From positions 2,220,001-2,252,000 of the forward strand of contig NZ_CP080507.1 in the NCBI RefSeq assembly GCF_019464535.1: 32,000 nucleotides of DNA, written 5' to 3'. A program made the translations under genes and the position numbers. The stretch is from Horticoccus luteus (GTDB lineage: Bacteria > Verrucomicrobiota > Verrucomicrobiia > Opitutales > Opitutaceae). Each line of letters starts with the position of its first letter. The stretch's first letter is position 1. A model generated the notes under the pieces. The model was given only the letters and a program-made list of their open reading frames with translations, did no database searches and was not told where the DNA came from. Positions 1-8,107 of this stretch are shown piece by piece.

Positions 1-67
1 CGTAGGCGAGAAATCTCCGACAGAAGAGGAGGGCGCGAATCACAAAGGCCGCTTTGAGTTTGCTCAT
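1..67 (-). CDS. 5' end (22 codons, MSKLKAAFVIRALLFCRRFLAY...) of an unidentified gene that runs off the window
   Basis: The minus-strand ATG at 67..65 overlaps the TGA stop (66..64) of the upstream amidotransferase as ATGA. This is the same coupling pattern seen through the rest of the operon. It is too short to assign a product. Confidence 0.3.
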   Translation of the reverse strand, partial: MSKLKAAFVIRALLFCRRFLAY

Positions 68-1299
68 GGTTTGGCTTTCGCGGGGTTGGCCGCAGGACCT
101 GTCCTGAATGGAGTCAGGATTTTCCGAATGGCGGCAGTGAAGCGCGGCAGATTATTGAAGAGCCAGTTTTGGTTCGGATAATCGCCGTAGGTCTTCGCGG
201 GTGCCTGCATGATCGCGTTGTACTCGGCCTGCCCGAGTCCGAGTTTCTTCATGAAGAACTGGCGGTCCTGCTCGACCAACTCGGCCGGGCACGGCGGCTG
301 TTCCAGCTCGCGCATCGCACTCGCACGATCCAGTTGCCCGGACCAGATGAGGCCGGAGAGATGGAGACGGCGCTTATCGAGGCCGAACTTGCGCGGCAGG
401 ATGCAGCTCTGATGGAAGCGGGTGATGACGGATTCGAAATGCTTGCCCCCGTAGCGCCGCCAACCGATCCGCTGCTCGAGTTCCACGATCGCCGCCTTCT
501 TGTCGTAGGGCATCAGGTTGAGCGGGTCGCAGCGCTTAAGGTGCTTTCGTTCCATCCAGATGCGCTCGAACAGTCCCATAGCGGGGAAGGTCTTGAGCGG
601 CACGGTGCCGAAGCGGCGGTGCAGGGCGCGCAGGTGATGCAGGTCGGCATAGCGATACCCATAGCTGAAATGCTCCTTCGTCTTGGGGCCCACCGGGCAG
701 CAGGCTTCGGTCGCATTGTTCACGCCGCTGAGCAGCCAGCCGATGCGGTGCTGGCGGGCGGTGCGGTAGATACAGGCGAAGATGCCGTGGTCGCTCGGCG
801 CCTCGACGTTGGCCACGCCAGCCTTGAGGAACGAGAGCTGCAGGTCGCGGAACTCCGGCCAGTCCACGACGTAGGTGAAGAGGTCGAAGCCGAGTTTCTC
901 GCATATGGACTGGATGTTGTGGTTGGCCAGCTCGGTGTTCCAGCCGTTGTCGAACTGCACCACGAGCGGGCGCACTCCCCAATCCTTGCACTTCAAGGCC
1001 AGGTAGCTGCTATCCACGCCGCCGCTCAGTCCCAGCACGCAGTCGTAGTCGCGCCCGCGACCGTCGGCCTTCATCTGCGCGATCATCGCCTCTAGCTTGT
1101 GCGCGCAGACCTCGGGCGTCTGCTGCCGCGCGGTGACGTTCAGGTCGAAGCCGCGGCAGAAGTTGCAAACGCCGTCGTGATCGAAATCGATCTCGACCAT
1201 CGTCGTGTCCATCACGCAACGGGTGCAAACGCGGTAGCCGCGCTTACCGGGCATGATCTGGCCCTCGAGGGCGGGAGTGGTGCGAATCCAGTCAGCCAT
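64..1299 (-). CDS. wbpG: N-acetyl sugar amidotransferase (WbpG/WbuX/PseA-type PP-loop ATP pyrophosphatase)
   Basis: N-terminal Cys cluster CTRC...CNFC followed by the PP-loop LSGGVDSS. It lies immediately downstream of dedicated HisH/HisF paralogs, as in wbpG/wbuXYZ loci. The ATG at 1299 overlaps the hisF-like stop (ATGGCTGA). An alternative ATG at 1254 (MPGKRGYRVCTRC) is preceded by GAGGG. Confidence 0.85.
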   Translation of the reverse strand: MADWIRTTPALEGQIMPGKRGYRVCTRCVMDTTMVEIDFDHDGVCNFCRGFDLNVTARQQTPEVCAHKLEAMIAQMKADGRGRDYDCVLGLSGGVDSSYLALKCKDWGVRPLVVQFDNGWNTELANHNIQSICEKLGFDLFTYVVDWPEFRDLQLSFLKAGVANVEAPSDHGIFACIYRTARQHRIGWLLSGVNNATEACCPVGPKTKEHFSYGYRYADLHHLRALHRRFGTVPLKTFPAMGLFERIWMERKHLKRCDPLNLMPYDKKAAIVELEQRIGWRRYGGKHFESVITRFHQSCILPRKFGLDKRRLHLSGLIWSGQLDRASAMRELEQPPCPAELVEQDRQFFMKKLGLGQAEYNAIMQAPAKTYGDYPNQNWLFNNLPRFTAAIRKILTPFRTGPAANPAKAKP

Positions 1300-2056
1300 G
1301 GGCAAAGGTGCGGCGAATCTCTTCGATACGGGGATAGGTGATGAGCACGGCGCGATGTTTGCCGTGGAAAACGAAGAAGCTGCCCGCCGCGGCGGCATGA
1401 GCACCGGCGCGCACCGCCGCCGCCATATGCGTGAGATTCCCTGCGCCCCCCAAGGCGACCACCGGCACGTTCACGGCCGCGGTGACCTTCGCGATGAGCT
1501 CGAGGTCATAGCCGCCCTGCGTGCCGTCGCCATCGACCGATTGCAGCACAATCTCCCCTGCCCCCTGGGATTCCGCCTGCTGGGCGAACTCCACGGGGTC
1601 GAGGCCGGTATCGATTGTGCCACCGGAAACGCAGACGCGTGGGCGGCCGAGCCAGTTTTTCTTCACGTCGATGCAGGCGACGATGCTTTGGCTGCCCGCA
1701 ATGTCCGCTGCTTGGGACACAAGGTCCGGATGCGAGTGAAGCGCGGTGTTCAGGAGCACCTTCTCCACCCCGCACCGGAAAAGAGTGCGGATCTGGTCGA
1801 GCGTGGTCACGCCGCCGCCGTAACCCAACGGCATGAAGCACTCGCCGGCGAGCTCGGCCACGCGCTCGAAATTCGGACCGCGACGATGCTTCCAAGCGTC
1901 GATGTCCACAATCACCACTTCGTCGACCTCCTTCTCGTTGAAGACACGCAGCGCATTGATCGGGTCGCCCACATAGCGGCGATCCTTGAAGCGGGTGGAC
2001 TTCACCACGCCGGAATCCGTGAGCAGGAGGACAGGAATGACGCGCGGAGGATTCAC
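1292..2056 (-). CDS. hisF2: Imidazole glycerol phosphate synthase cyclase-subunit paralog (HisF-like, WbuZ/HisF2 type)
   Basis: 254 aa with the typical HisF N-terminus (RVIPVLLL..G.VVKS..F....YVGDPINA.RVFNEKEVDE). The GTG start at 2056 overlaps the hisH-like stop (GTGA). The gene is embedded in a sugar cluster rather than a his operon. Confidence 0.85.
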   Translation of the reverse strand: MNPPRVIPVLLLTDSGVVKSTRFKDRRYVGDPINALRVFNEKEVDEVVIVDIDAWKHRRGPNFERVAELAGECFMPLGYGGGVTTLDQIRTLFRCGVEKVLLNTALHSHPDLVSQAADIAGSQSIVACIDVKKNWLGRPRVCVSGGTIDTGLDPVEFAQQAESQGAGEIVLQSVDGDGTQGGYDLELIAKVTAAVNVPVVALGGAGNLTHMAAAVRAGAHAAAAGSFFVFHGKHRAVLITYPRIEEIRRTFAHG

Positions 2057-2685
2057 GTCGCCGGGAGTCGTGAAAAGTTGTCGAGCAGCCGCATGCCGTA
2101 GCGATGGCTCTTCTCGGGGTGGAATTGCACGCCGAATAGACGGCCGCGGCGCACCGCACAGATGAACCGGAAACCGTAGTCGGCTTCCGCCGCCACTTCC
2201 GCCGAATTTGCACAGCGGCAGTGATAGGAGTGCACAAAATAGAAGCGCGCGTCCTGCTCCAGACCCGCGAACAACTCCGGTGCCGTCGCGGCCGTTGCGA
2301 TCGAGCGCCAGCCCATGTGCGGGATGCGCGGGAGCGGCACGATTTCCGCACCAAACCGAAACTTCAACACCGCACCGTTCACGAGTCCCAATCCGGGCAG
2401 TTTGCCCTCTTCACTCGACGGGAACAACAGCTGCATGCCCAGACAGATGCCGAGCAGCGGGCGGCCGTCCTGCACGGCCGCTTCACTGCGCAGGCAATCT
2501 GTCCAGCCGAGTTCGGCCAGGCGGGTCATGCCTTCATCAAAGGCTCCCACCCCGGGGAGGATGATGCGATCGGCTCCCGCGGCCTCCTCGGGCGTGCGGG
2601 CCATTTCCGCCCGATGCCCGAGCCGGCCTAGCATGTTCCGGATCGAGGTGGGGTTGCCCATCCCGTAATCGATGATCGCAATCAT
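2053..2685 (-). CDS. hisH2: Glutamine amidotransferase subunit paralog (HisH-like, WbuY/HisH2 type)
   Basis: 210 aa starting MIAIIDYGMGNPTSI, with GICLGMQLL (catalytic Cys) and FHPEKS (His/Glu). The ATG at 2685 overlaps the wzx stop (ATGA). The 551-aa track ORF (to 3708) is an in-frame stop-free extension lying over wzx. Confidence 0.88.
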   Translation of the reverse strand: MIAIIDYGMGNPTSIRNMLGRLGHRAEMARTPEEAAGADRIILPGVGAFDEGMTRLAELGWTDCLRSEAAVQDGRPLLGICLGMQLLFPSSEEGKLPGLGLVNGAVLKFRFGAEIVPLPRIPHMGWRSIATAATAPELFAGLEQDARFYFVHSYHCRCANSAEVAAEADYGFRFICAVRRGRLFGVQFHPEKSHRYGMRLLDNFSRLPAT

Positions 2686-3950
2686 GCCGTGGCTGCTCCG
2701 GCGGCGTAACGTCGCGAAAGGAAGAGTTCCGTAAGGTATTTCAGCGAATAGATGGCGGAATATGCCATGACCGCGTGGCGCGCAGCCCAGCCGGAGCCGG
2801 TGCGTCCCGCCCAGAGAAAGACGCCGACCATCACCACGATGAGCGCGGATTGAATGACGAGGTCCGCCGCCTGTTTCTGTGCGATGTAGAACATAGAGCC
2901 GAGCGGACTCGCGATGAAGCGCAGCGCGAGGGCCGGGATGAGGTAGCGCACGTATTCGCCGCTTTCGCGCCAAGCCGAGCCGAAAATCAGCTCGAATGCC
3001 CACGGCGAGATCCACGCCGCCATCGCGAAGGCCGGCAGCGATGCCCAGAAGAGCTTCGCGAACGTACGGTTGAAGAGCGTGAGGCAATTGCCCTCGCGGG
3101 CATAAATCTCGCTCGCCTGCTGCCGGAAGACATCCGCCACCGACTGCGCCACCACCGTGAGCGGCAGGTTGGCGATGCGCTGCGCGAGCGAAAACCACCC
3201 CAGCGTGCTGGCGCCAAACAGCGAGGAGAAGAAAAACACGGGCACCTGCCCTGCCCCGGATTCGACGACTGCCGAACCCAGCGAATACTGAGGAAAGCGG
3301 CGTTGCGCTCCCGCCTGCCCCTGCAAGTCCGCCCAGCGCAAGGCGCGTATCTCCGAGCCGGACTCGCGCCAAATTTTCACGGCCAGAAACACAGCGCTGA
3401 CGAACAGTCCGAGCAACAGCCCCCCGATCAGGCCGAATTGCATCCAACCAAGCAGGCCAAAGGCTACGTTGAAGACCGCCGCGAGCACGCTCCGCAGCAC
3501 GTTGTTCGTCGCGATCGTGGCGAACGCCTTGCGGCGCAGCAGCCAATAGCGCGCACCGGTGGCGAAGCCCGTTACAAACATCGCCGCCGGCACCAGCCAC
3601 AGCCACTTCTTCAAGCGCGGTTCCTTGAGCACGTCCACCAACCAGTCGCCACACAGGGCGGTCAGCGGCACCAACGCTACCGCGATACCGAGTGCCACGA
3701 GCGTGCACACTCCCAGCAGCGCCAGGCCGTGGCGATCCTCCGCCGGCAGCGTAATCGCGTATTCGTAGCGCGCGCAGATCACCGACGTCAGCAAGGCCGT
3801 GATTGACACGAAGATCGCATACACGCCGAAGTCCGCGGGCGTGTAGAGCCGGGTCAGCACCGGCGACACCAAGATGGTGATCGCCTGGGCTGCAACCGTG
3901 CCGATCAGAATGACCAGCGCGTTGCGGGAGAACTGTCCGAGCTTGATCAA
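2682..3950 (-). CDS. wzx: Oligosaccharide/O-antigen flippase (Wzx, MOP superfamily)
   Basis: 422 aa, strongly hydrophobic multi-span protein with a Wzx-like N-terminus (FSRNALVILIGTVAAQAITILVSPVLTRLYTPADFG). The start codon in the track frame is TTG at 3950, overlapping the upstream stop (TTGA). Confidence 0.8.
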   Translation of the reverse strand: MIKLGQFSRNALVILIGTVAAQAITILVSPVLTRLYTPADFGVYAIFVSITALLTSVICARYEYAITLPAEDRHGLALLGVCTLVALGIAVALVPLTALCGDWLVDVLKEPRLKKWLWLVPAAMFVTGFATGARYWLLRRKAFATIATNNVLRSVLAAVFNVAFGLLGWMQFGLIGGLLLGLFVSAVFLAVKIWRESGSEIRALRWADLQGQAGAQRRFPQYSLGSAVVESGAGQVPVFFFSSLFGASTLGWFSLAQRIANLPLTVVAQSVADVFRQQASEIYAREGNCLTLFNRTFAKLFWASLPAFAMAAWISPWAFELIFGSAWRESGEYVRYLIPALALRFIASPLGSMFYIAQKQAADLVIQSALIVVMVGVFLWAGRTGSGWAARHAVMAYSAIYSLKYLTELFLSRRYAAGAATA

Positions 3951-5056
3951 GCGCGCGCGTAGAACGCCTTGATTTGCTCGACCACGTAGCCGATCATCTC
4001 ATCCGTCATCTCCGGATAAATCGGAAGCGAGAGGATGCGCGACTGATGCGAGTAGGCCACAGGGAAGTCCGCCGGCTTATGGCCCAGATAGGCGTAGGCC
4101 TTCAGGAACGGCAGCGCGACCGGATAGTTCAACACCGTGGGCACGCCGCGCTCCTTGAGGAAGGCCATCAAGGCATCGCGTTTCTCCGTGCGGATCACGT
4201 AGAGGTGATACACATGGTCCCGGCCGGGGGCAACGGGCGGCGTGATGACGTCGCCCACGCCGGCAAGGAGCTCGTTGTAGCGGGCGGCGATGCGCTGGCG
4301 CGCCGCGGTCCACTTCTGCAAGTGCGGCAGCTTCACGTTGAGCACCGCCGCCTGCAGGCCGTCGAGTCGGCTGTTGATGCCCTCGATCACATGTTCGCCC
4401 TTGGTGAGGCCGCCGTGGCGGGCATAGCACGTCATCTGGCGCGCGAGTTCGGCGTCGGAGGTCAGGATTGCGCCGGCGTCGCCGTAGGCCCCGAGGTTCT
4501 TGCCGGGATAGAACGAGAAGGTAGACACCCGGCCGAACGTGCCGGTGAGTTTGCCTTGAAAACGCGCAAGGTGCGACTGCGCACAGTCCTCCATCACCCA
4601 CAGATTGTGTTGTTTCGCGATCTCCATGATCGGGCCCATGTCGGCCGCCTGGCCGTAGAGGTGCACCGGGATGATGCCCTTCGTGCGCGACGTGATCATC
4701 GCGGCGATCAACGTGGGATCGATAGTGAACGTGTCCCTGTCGGTATCGACGAACACGACGCGGGCGCCGGTCTGCGTGATGGTCTCGGAGGTCGCGATCC
4801 ACGAGTGTGCGGTCGTGATGACCTCGTCTCCCGGCCCGACTCCCATGATCTTCATGGCGATGTAGAGGGCATCCGTGCCATTGGCGCACGAGATGCAATG
4901 CGGCACACCGAACAATGCGGCATAGTCCTGCTCGAATTTGTCGACGAAGGGACCGCGCACATAGGCGCTGTCCCGGATGACCCGGGCAATGGCCGCATCC
5001 ATCTCCGACTTAATCGTGAGATACTGGGCGTGTAGGTCGACGAACTGGATTTTCAT
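3947..5056 (-). CDS. wbpE: DegT/DnrJ/EryC1/StrS-family PLP aminotransferase (WbpE-like)
   Basis: 369 aa from MKIQFVDLHAQY. The PLP-lysine context FSFYPGKNLGAYGDAG is present. The ATG at 5056 overlaps the upstream stop (ATGA). The gene is flanked by WbpD-like and WbpB-like genes. The track ORF extended to 5326 is an upstream stop-free run. Confidence 0.88.
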   Translation of the reverse strand: MKIQFVDLHAQYLTIKSEMDAAIARVIRDSAYVRGPFVDKFEQDYAALFGVPHCISCANGTDALYIAMKIMGVGPGDEVITTAHSWIATSETITQTGARVVFVDTDRDTFTIDPTLIAAMITSRTKGIIPVHLYGQAADMGPIMEIAKQHNLWVMEDCAQSHLARFQGKLTGTFGRVSTFSFYPGKNLGAYGDAGAILTSDAELARQMTCYARHGGLTKGEHVIEGINSRLDGLQAAVLNVKLPHLQKWTAARQRIAARYNELLAGVGDVITPPVAPGRDHVYHLYVIRTEKRDALMAFLKERGVPTVLNYPVALPFLKAYAYLGHKPADFPVAYSHQSRILSLPIYPEMTDEMIGYVVEQIKAFYARA

Positions 5057-5556
5057 GACGAAACTTCGGATGCGGATGAGAGGGCGCGCAGGAGCTGCGC
5101 GGGATTTCCAACGTAGATGCCGGCCTCGGTGATGTCCTTCGTGACAACGGCGCCGGCACCGATGACGACGTGGTCGCAGATGCGCACCGGCAGGATCGTG
5201 GCGTTCGAGCCGATGCTGACGTGGTGGCCGATCGTCGTGGAGCGCCACTGCGTCTTGTCGCCGCGGGCCGGCCCGCCGGTGGCGAACGTGTCGTTGATGA
5301 ACATGACGCCGTGGCCGATGAAGCAATCGGTGCCGATCGTGACGAGTTCGCAGATGAACGCGTGCGACTGCACCTTAGTGCGGGCGCCGATCTGCACATC
5401 CTTCTGGATTTCGACGAACGGTCCGATGAATACGCCCTCACCGATCTCGCAGCCGTAGACGTTCACAGGTTCGACGACCGTCACATTTGCTGCGAAGCGA
5501 ACGTTGACGATGCCACTTTGGAAACGGCGGGCAGGGGCCGAGTTGGGCGTGCTCAT
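5053..5556 (-). CDS. wbpD: Left-handed beta-helix (hexapeptide) N-acetyltransferase (WbpD/WlbB-like)
   Basis: 167 aa with repeated hexapeptide pattern (IGEGVFIGPFVEI.., IGHGVMF, IGSNATI, IGAGAVV). It sits between the oxidoreductase and the aminotransferase, as in wbpB-D-E. Confidence 0.85.
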   Translation of the reverse strand: MSTPNSAPARRFQSGIVNVRFAANVTVVEPVNVYGCEIGEGVFIGPFVEIQKDVQIGARTKVQSHAFICELVTIGTDCFIGHGVMFINDTFATGGPARGDKTQWRSTTIGHHVSIGSNATILPVRICDHVVIGAGAVVTKDITEAGIYVGNPAQLLRALSSASEVSS

Positions 5557-5558
5557 TG

Positions 5559-6560
5559 TCAGCGGCTGGCTTGCTCCAGAATGCGCACGACCTTGCGGGC
5601 GTGGTCGATGCCGGTGAGCGGCGTCACGTTGCGGCGCACGCAGTCGACGAAATGATCGGCTTCGGCGCGGAGCGGCTCGATGAAATTGATCTGCGGCAGG
5701 AGGATGTCGCCCGACCGGTAGGAAAACTGCGCCGACATGGGCTTGTCGTAGTCCATGTTTTGGCCGAGCACGGCCTTGCGATCGATGCCCTTGTCGTAGA
5801 TCGCAATCTTGTCCTCCGCAGCGTCGTCGTAGACCACCATCTTTTTCGATCCGACGACCACCATCTTGCGCGTCTTCTGCGGGTCGAGCCAGCTCACGTG
5901 GATGTTGGCCATGACCTTTTGCGGATACTTGATATTGAGGAACACGACGTCCTGCACGCCAGGCTGGATGAAATCCATGCCATGACGGGTGACTTCCTCC
6001 GGCTCCGGGTCGCCGAGCCAGTATTGGATGATGGCGATGTCGTGCGGGGCAAAATTCCAGAGCGCATCAATGTCCGAACGGATGCGCCCGAGGTTGAGCC
6101 GCTGGCTGTAGATGTAGCGCAGTTCGCCGAGTTCGCCGCCCTCGATCATCTTGCGCACGTAGCGCACTGCCGAGTTGTAGAGGAAGGTGTGGCCGACCAT
6201 CACTTGCAGCTTCCGCTCGGCGGCGAGCTGCGCGAGTTCGTCCACCTCAGCCACCGTCGTGGCGAGAGGTTTCTCAACGAAGATATGCTTGCCGGCGAGC
6301 AACGCCCGGCGGCCGAGCTCGAAGTGATTGCCGGCGGGGGTGGCGATCACCACCGCATTGATCTCGCGATCGTTCAGGATCGCGTCGATTTCCGCAATCG
6401 CGTGGGTCGCCGGAAAGCTTTGCGCGACGAACTTGCGCCGCTCTTCGCTGAGGTCCGCGAGATACTTCACGCGGCAACCCTTCACCGCAGAAAAATTCCG
6501 CAACAGATTTGGTCCCCAATAGCCGCAGCCGATTTGGGCAATCTCGATAGTGCTACTCAT
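5559..6560 (-). CDS. wbpB: Gfo/Idh/MocA-family NAD-dependent oxidoreductase (WbpB-like)
   Basis: 333 aa with an N-terminal Rossmann motif IAQIGCGYWGPN. This is the first biosynthetic gene of the operon, and its stop lies 2 nt before the wbpD-like ATG. Confidence 0.85.
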   Translation of the reverse strand: MSSTIEIAQIGCGYWGPNLLRNFSAVKGCRVKYLADLSEERRKFVAQSFPATHAIAEIDAILNDREINAVVIATPAGNHFELGRRALLAGKHIFVEKPLATTVAEVDELAQLAAERKLQVMVGHTFLYNSAVRYVRKMIEGGELGELRYIYSQRLNLGRIRSDIDALWNFAPHDIAIIQYWLGDPEPEEVTRHGMDFIQPGVQDVVFLNIKYPQKVMANIHVSWLDPQKTRKMVVVGSKKMVVYDDAAEDKIAIYDKGIDRKAVLGQNMDYDKPMSAQFSYRSGDILLPQINFIEPLRAEADHFVDCVRRNVTPLTGIDHARKVVRILEQASR

Positions 6561-6659
6561 AAGTGCTGGCTCAACACGGCTTCGCCCCGTCGCTTCCGAA
6601 TAGGAAAACGACGAGGCGCAGGGGGGATGGCGTCGGGACGAGTTTCGCCCCGCGGCTTC

Positions 6660-7202
6660 TTACGCCGGCGCTGGACCGAGGAGGGTTTTCAGGATCGGCA
6701 GCAGGAGCCACATCTGGCGGCGCCAGGTCTCCAGCAACTTCACCTGATCTTCCGAAAAAGCCGCTCCCGCCGCATCCGGCGTCGCTCTCGCCAGCTCCCG
6801 CAATCGCGCCATCCGCGACTCGTCCGCGCTCACCAGGGGCTCCACTTTTTCCCGCAGGATGCCACTCACCAGACGCCGCAGCCGCGTCTCCGGCCAAAAC
6901 AGTTCCCGTCGATCCCCCGAGGTCCCTGCACTCCGCACCGCCCCCAGCGATTGCAACAACCGCAACCCCTGGCTCGCCGAGCCTTTGCTGATGTCCAGCC
7001 GTTGCGCGATGTCCGTGAAACCCAACGGCACCGGCGACGCAAACAGCAGCCCGTAAATCTGCCCCACCGACCGCGGGATCCCCACCACCCCCACCAAATC
7101 CGTGAAAAACTCCCCGCACGCCTGCTCGAACTCCGGAGACACCACCGCGCTCGCGTCGCTCGGACGCACAGCTTCAGCAGTTTCATCAGGCAGCAGTTTC
7201 AT
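6660..7202 (-). CDS. GbsR/MarR-type winged-helix transcriptional regulator
   Basis: 180 aa from MKLLPDET (ATG at 7202). The winged-HTH core GIPRSVGQIYGLLFASPVPLGFTDIAQRLDISKGSASQGLRLLQSLGAVR is typical of COG1510/GbsR-like regulators. Same strand as the sugar operon and about 100 bp upstream of it. Confidence 0.7.
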   Translation of the reverse strand: MKLLPDETAEAVRPSDASAVVSPEFEQACGEFFTDLVGVVGIPRSVGQIYGLLFASPVPLGFTDIAQRLDISKGSASQGLRLLQSLGAVRSAGTSGDRRELFWPETRLRRLVSGILREKVEPLVSADESRMARLRELARATPDAAGAAFSEDQVKLLETWRRQMWLLLPILKTLLGPAPA

Positions 7203-7318
7203 GGCAGGTCGGCGACGAAGCCGACAACGATTGGCAAGTTCAAGCAAATTTGAACTAGATTACGCCAAATCCGCCCATTCCCGGTCACCCCTCGCAGAGA
7301 ATCACCGACCGCACGTCT

Positions 7319-7547
7319 GACGATCAACGACTAATGCTCATCGAATACCTGCGTCCCGCCCATTCGTGTGCATTCGCGTCCATTCGTGACTTAAATGAGC
7401 TATTTCACAGAAGGTAACAGAGGTTTCACGCTTCTGCCCCATCTGTGTTCATCTGTGTCCATCTGTGGTTAAAAATGCATTTTCGATCTTCGCCCCAGAG
7501 ATCACGGAGAGCCCAACCCGAGTTCACGGAGTAAACCTCAAGGCCCC
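7319..7547. repeat. One copy of the composite repeat unit (modules a-b-c-d-e)
   Basis: The modules occur in this order: GATCAACGACTAATGCTCATCGAATACC; 3x phased CATTCGTG; TTTCACAGAAGGTAAC; 3x phased CATCTGTG ending GGTTAAAAATG; CTTCGCCCCAGAG..CACGGAG..GAGTTCACGGAG. The same module order recurs at 11240-11346 and 12440-12644. Confidence 0.85.
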
Positions 7548-7799
7548 GAAGGGTTGGTGTTGGTCGCCGGAGGCTTCATCGTGGCGACCAGAGGGTTTGC
7601 GTTAGTCGCCGGAGGGTTCGTGTTGGTCCCCGGAGGGTTAGTGTTTGTCGCCCGAGGGTTTGTCGTGACGACCGGAGGGTTAGTGTTGGTCGCCACGAGG
7701 TTAGTGTTGGTCGCCGGAGGGTTGGTGTTGGTCGCCGGAGGGTTTGTGTTGGTCGTCAGAGGCTTTGTCGTGGCGACCGGAGGGTTAGTGTTTGTCGTC
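7548..7799. repeat. 21-bp tandem repeat, 12 units (consensus GGAGGGTTAGTGTTGGTCGCC)
   Basis: I parsed 12 contiguous 21-mers. Units 2, 6 and 11 are a variant (..GTCGTGGCGACC) whose GGCGACC is complementary to the GGTCGCC of the majority units. The repeat is stop-free on both strands. The minus frame reads TNTNPPA heptads. Confidence 0.9.
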
Positions 7800-8107
7800 A
7801 CACGCAACCTCGTAAGGCTCCCGACGCTCATCGCGCCACCCACTTGCAGTTAACCGCCGCTTTTCACCGACTCTCCCGCCCGCGCATGCACATCCATCGC
7901 GCGAAATGAGCGGTTTATATTCCGGCCCGTTTACCGCGACGGCCCCAATCTTCGCACCGTTTTTAACAGGAGGTAACGAAGTGAAGGAAGAGCCCAGGCC
8001 TTCCGAGCGTCCGAGCCGACGCCAAGAGAAAAGTGCAGATTCTCGATCCCTGCGTTGGGTTAGCGAATAACGATCAACGAGTAACCCTCAGCGGAACACC
8101 GCTTCCC

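Noticed and set aside
2686-3708. N-terminal 341-aa extension of the HisH-like ORF in the track (2053-3708), and similarly 5057-5326 for the aminotransferase and 1300-1404 for the amidotransferase
   Set aside because: The extensions overlap the upstream genes out of frame and are Arg/Gly/Ala-rich. The canonical N-termini (MIAIIDYGMGN, MKIQFVDL) coincide with start codons that overlap the upstream stop codons.
5556-7253. 565-aa plus-strand ORF spanning the WbpB-like gene and the regulator; also 169-1095, 1253-2101, 2775-3806, 3974-5035, 13040-13795 and 14520-16070 on the plus strand
   Set aside because: All are antisense to minus-strand genes with strong family motifs. They have no motifs of their own, and their composition is typical of antisense translation.
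7538-7853. ORFs 7538-7843 (minus) and 7554-7853 (plus) as real repeat proteins (TNTNPPA or GGLVLVA)
   Set aside because: Both frames are open only because the 21-bp period is a multiple of three. There is no credible start context, signal peptide or non-repeat domain. The repeat is kept as a repeat feature and flagged for experimental checking rather than called as a CDS.
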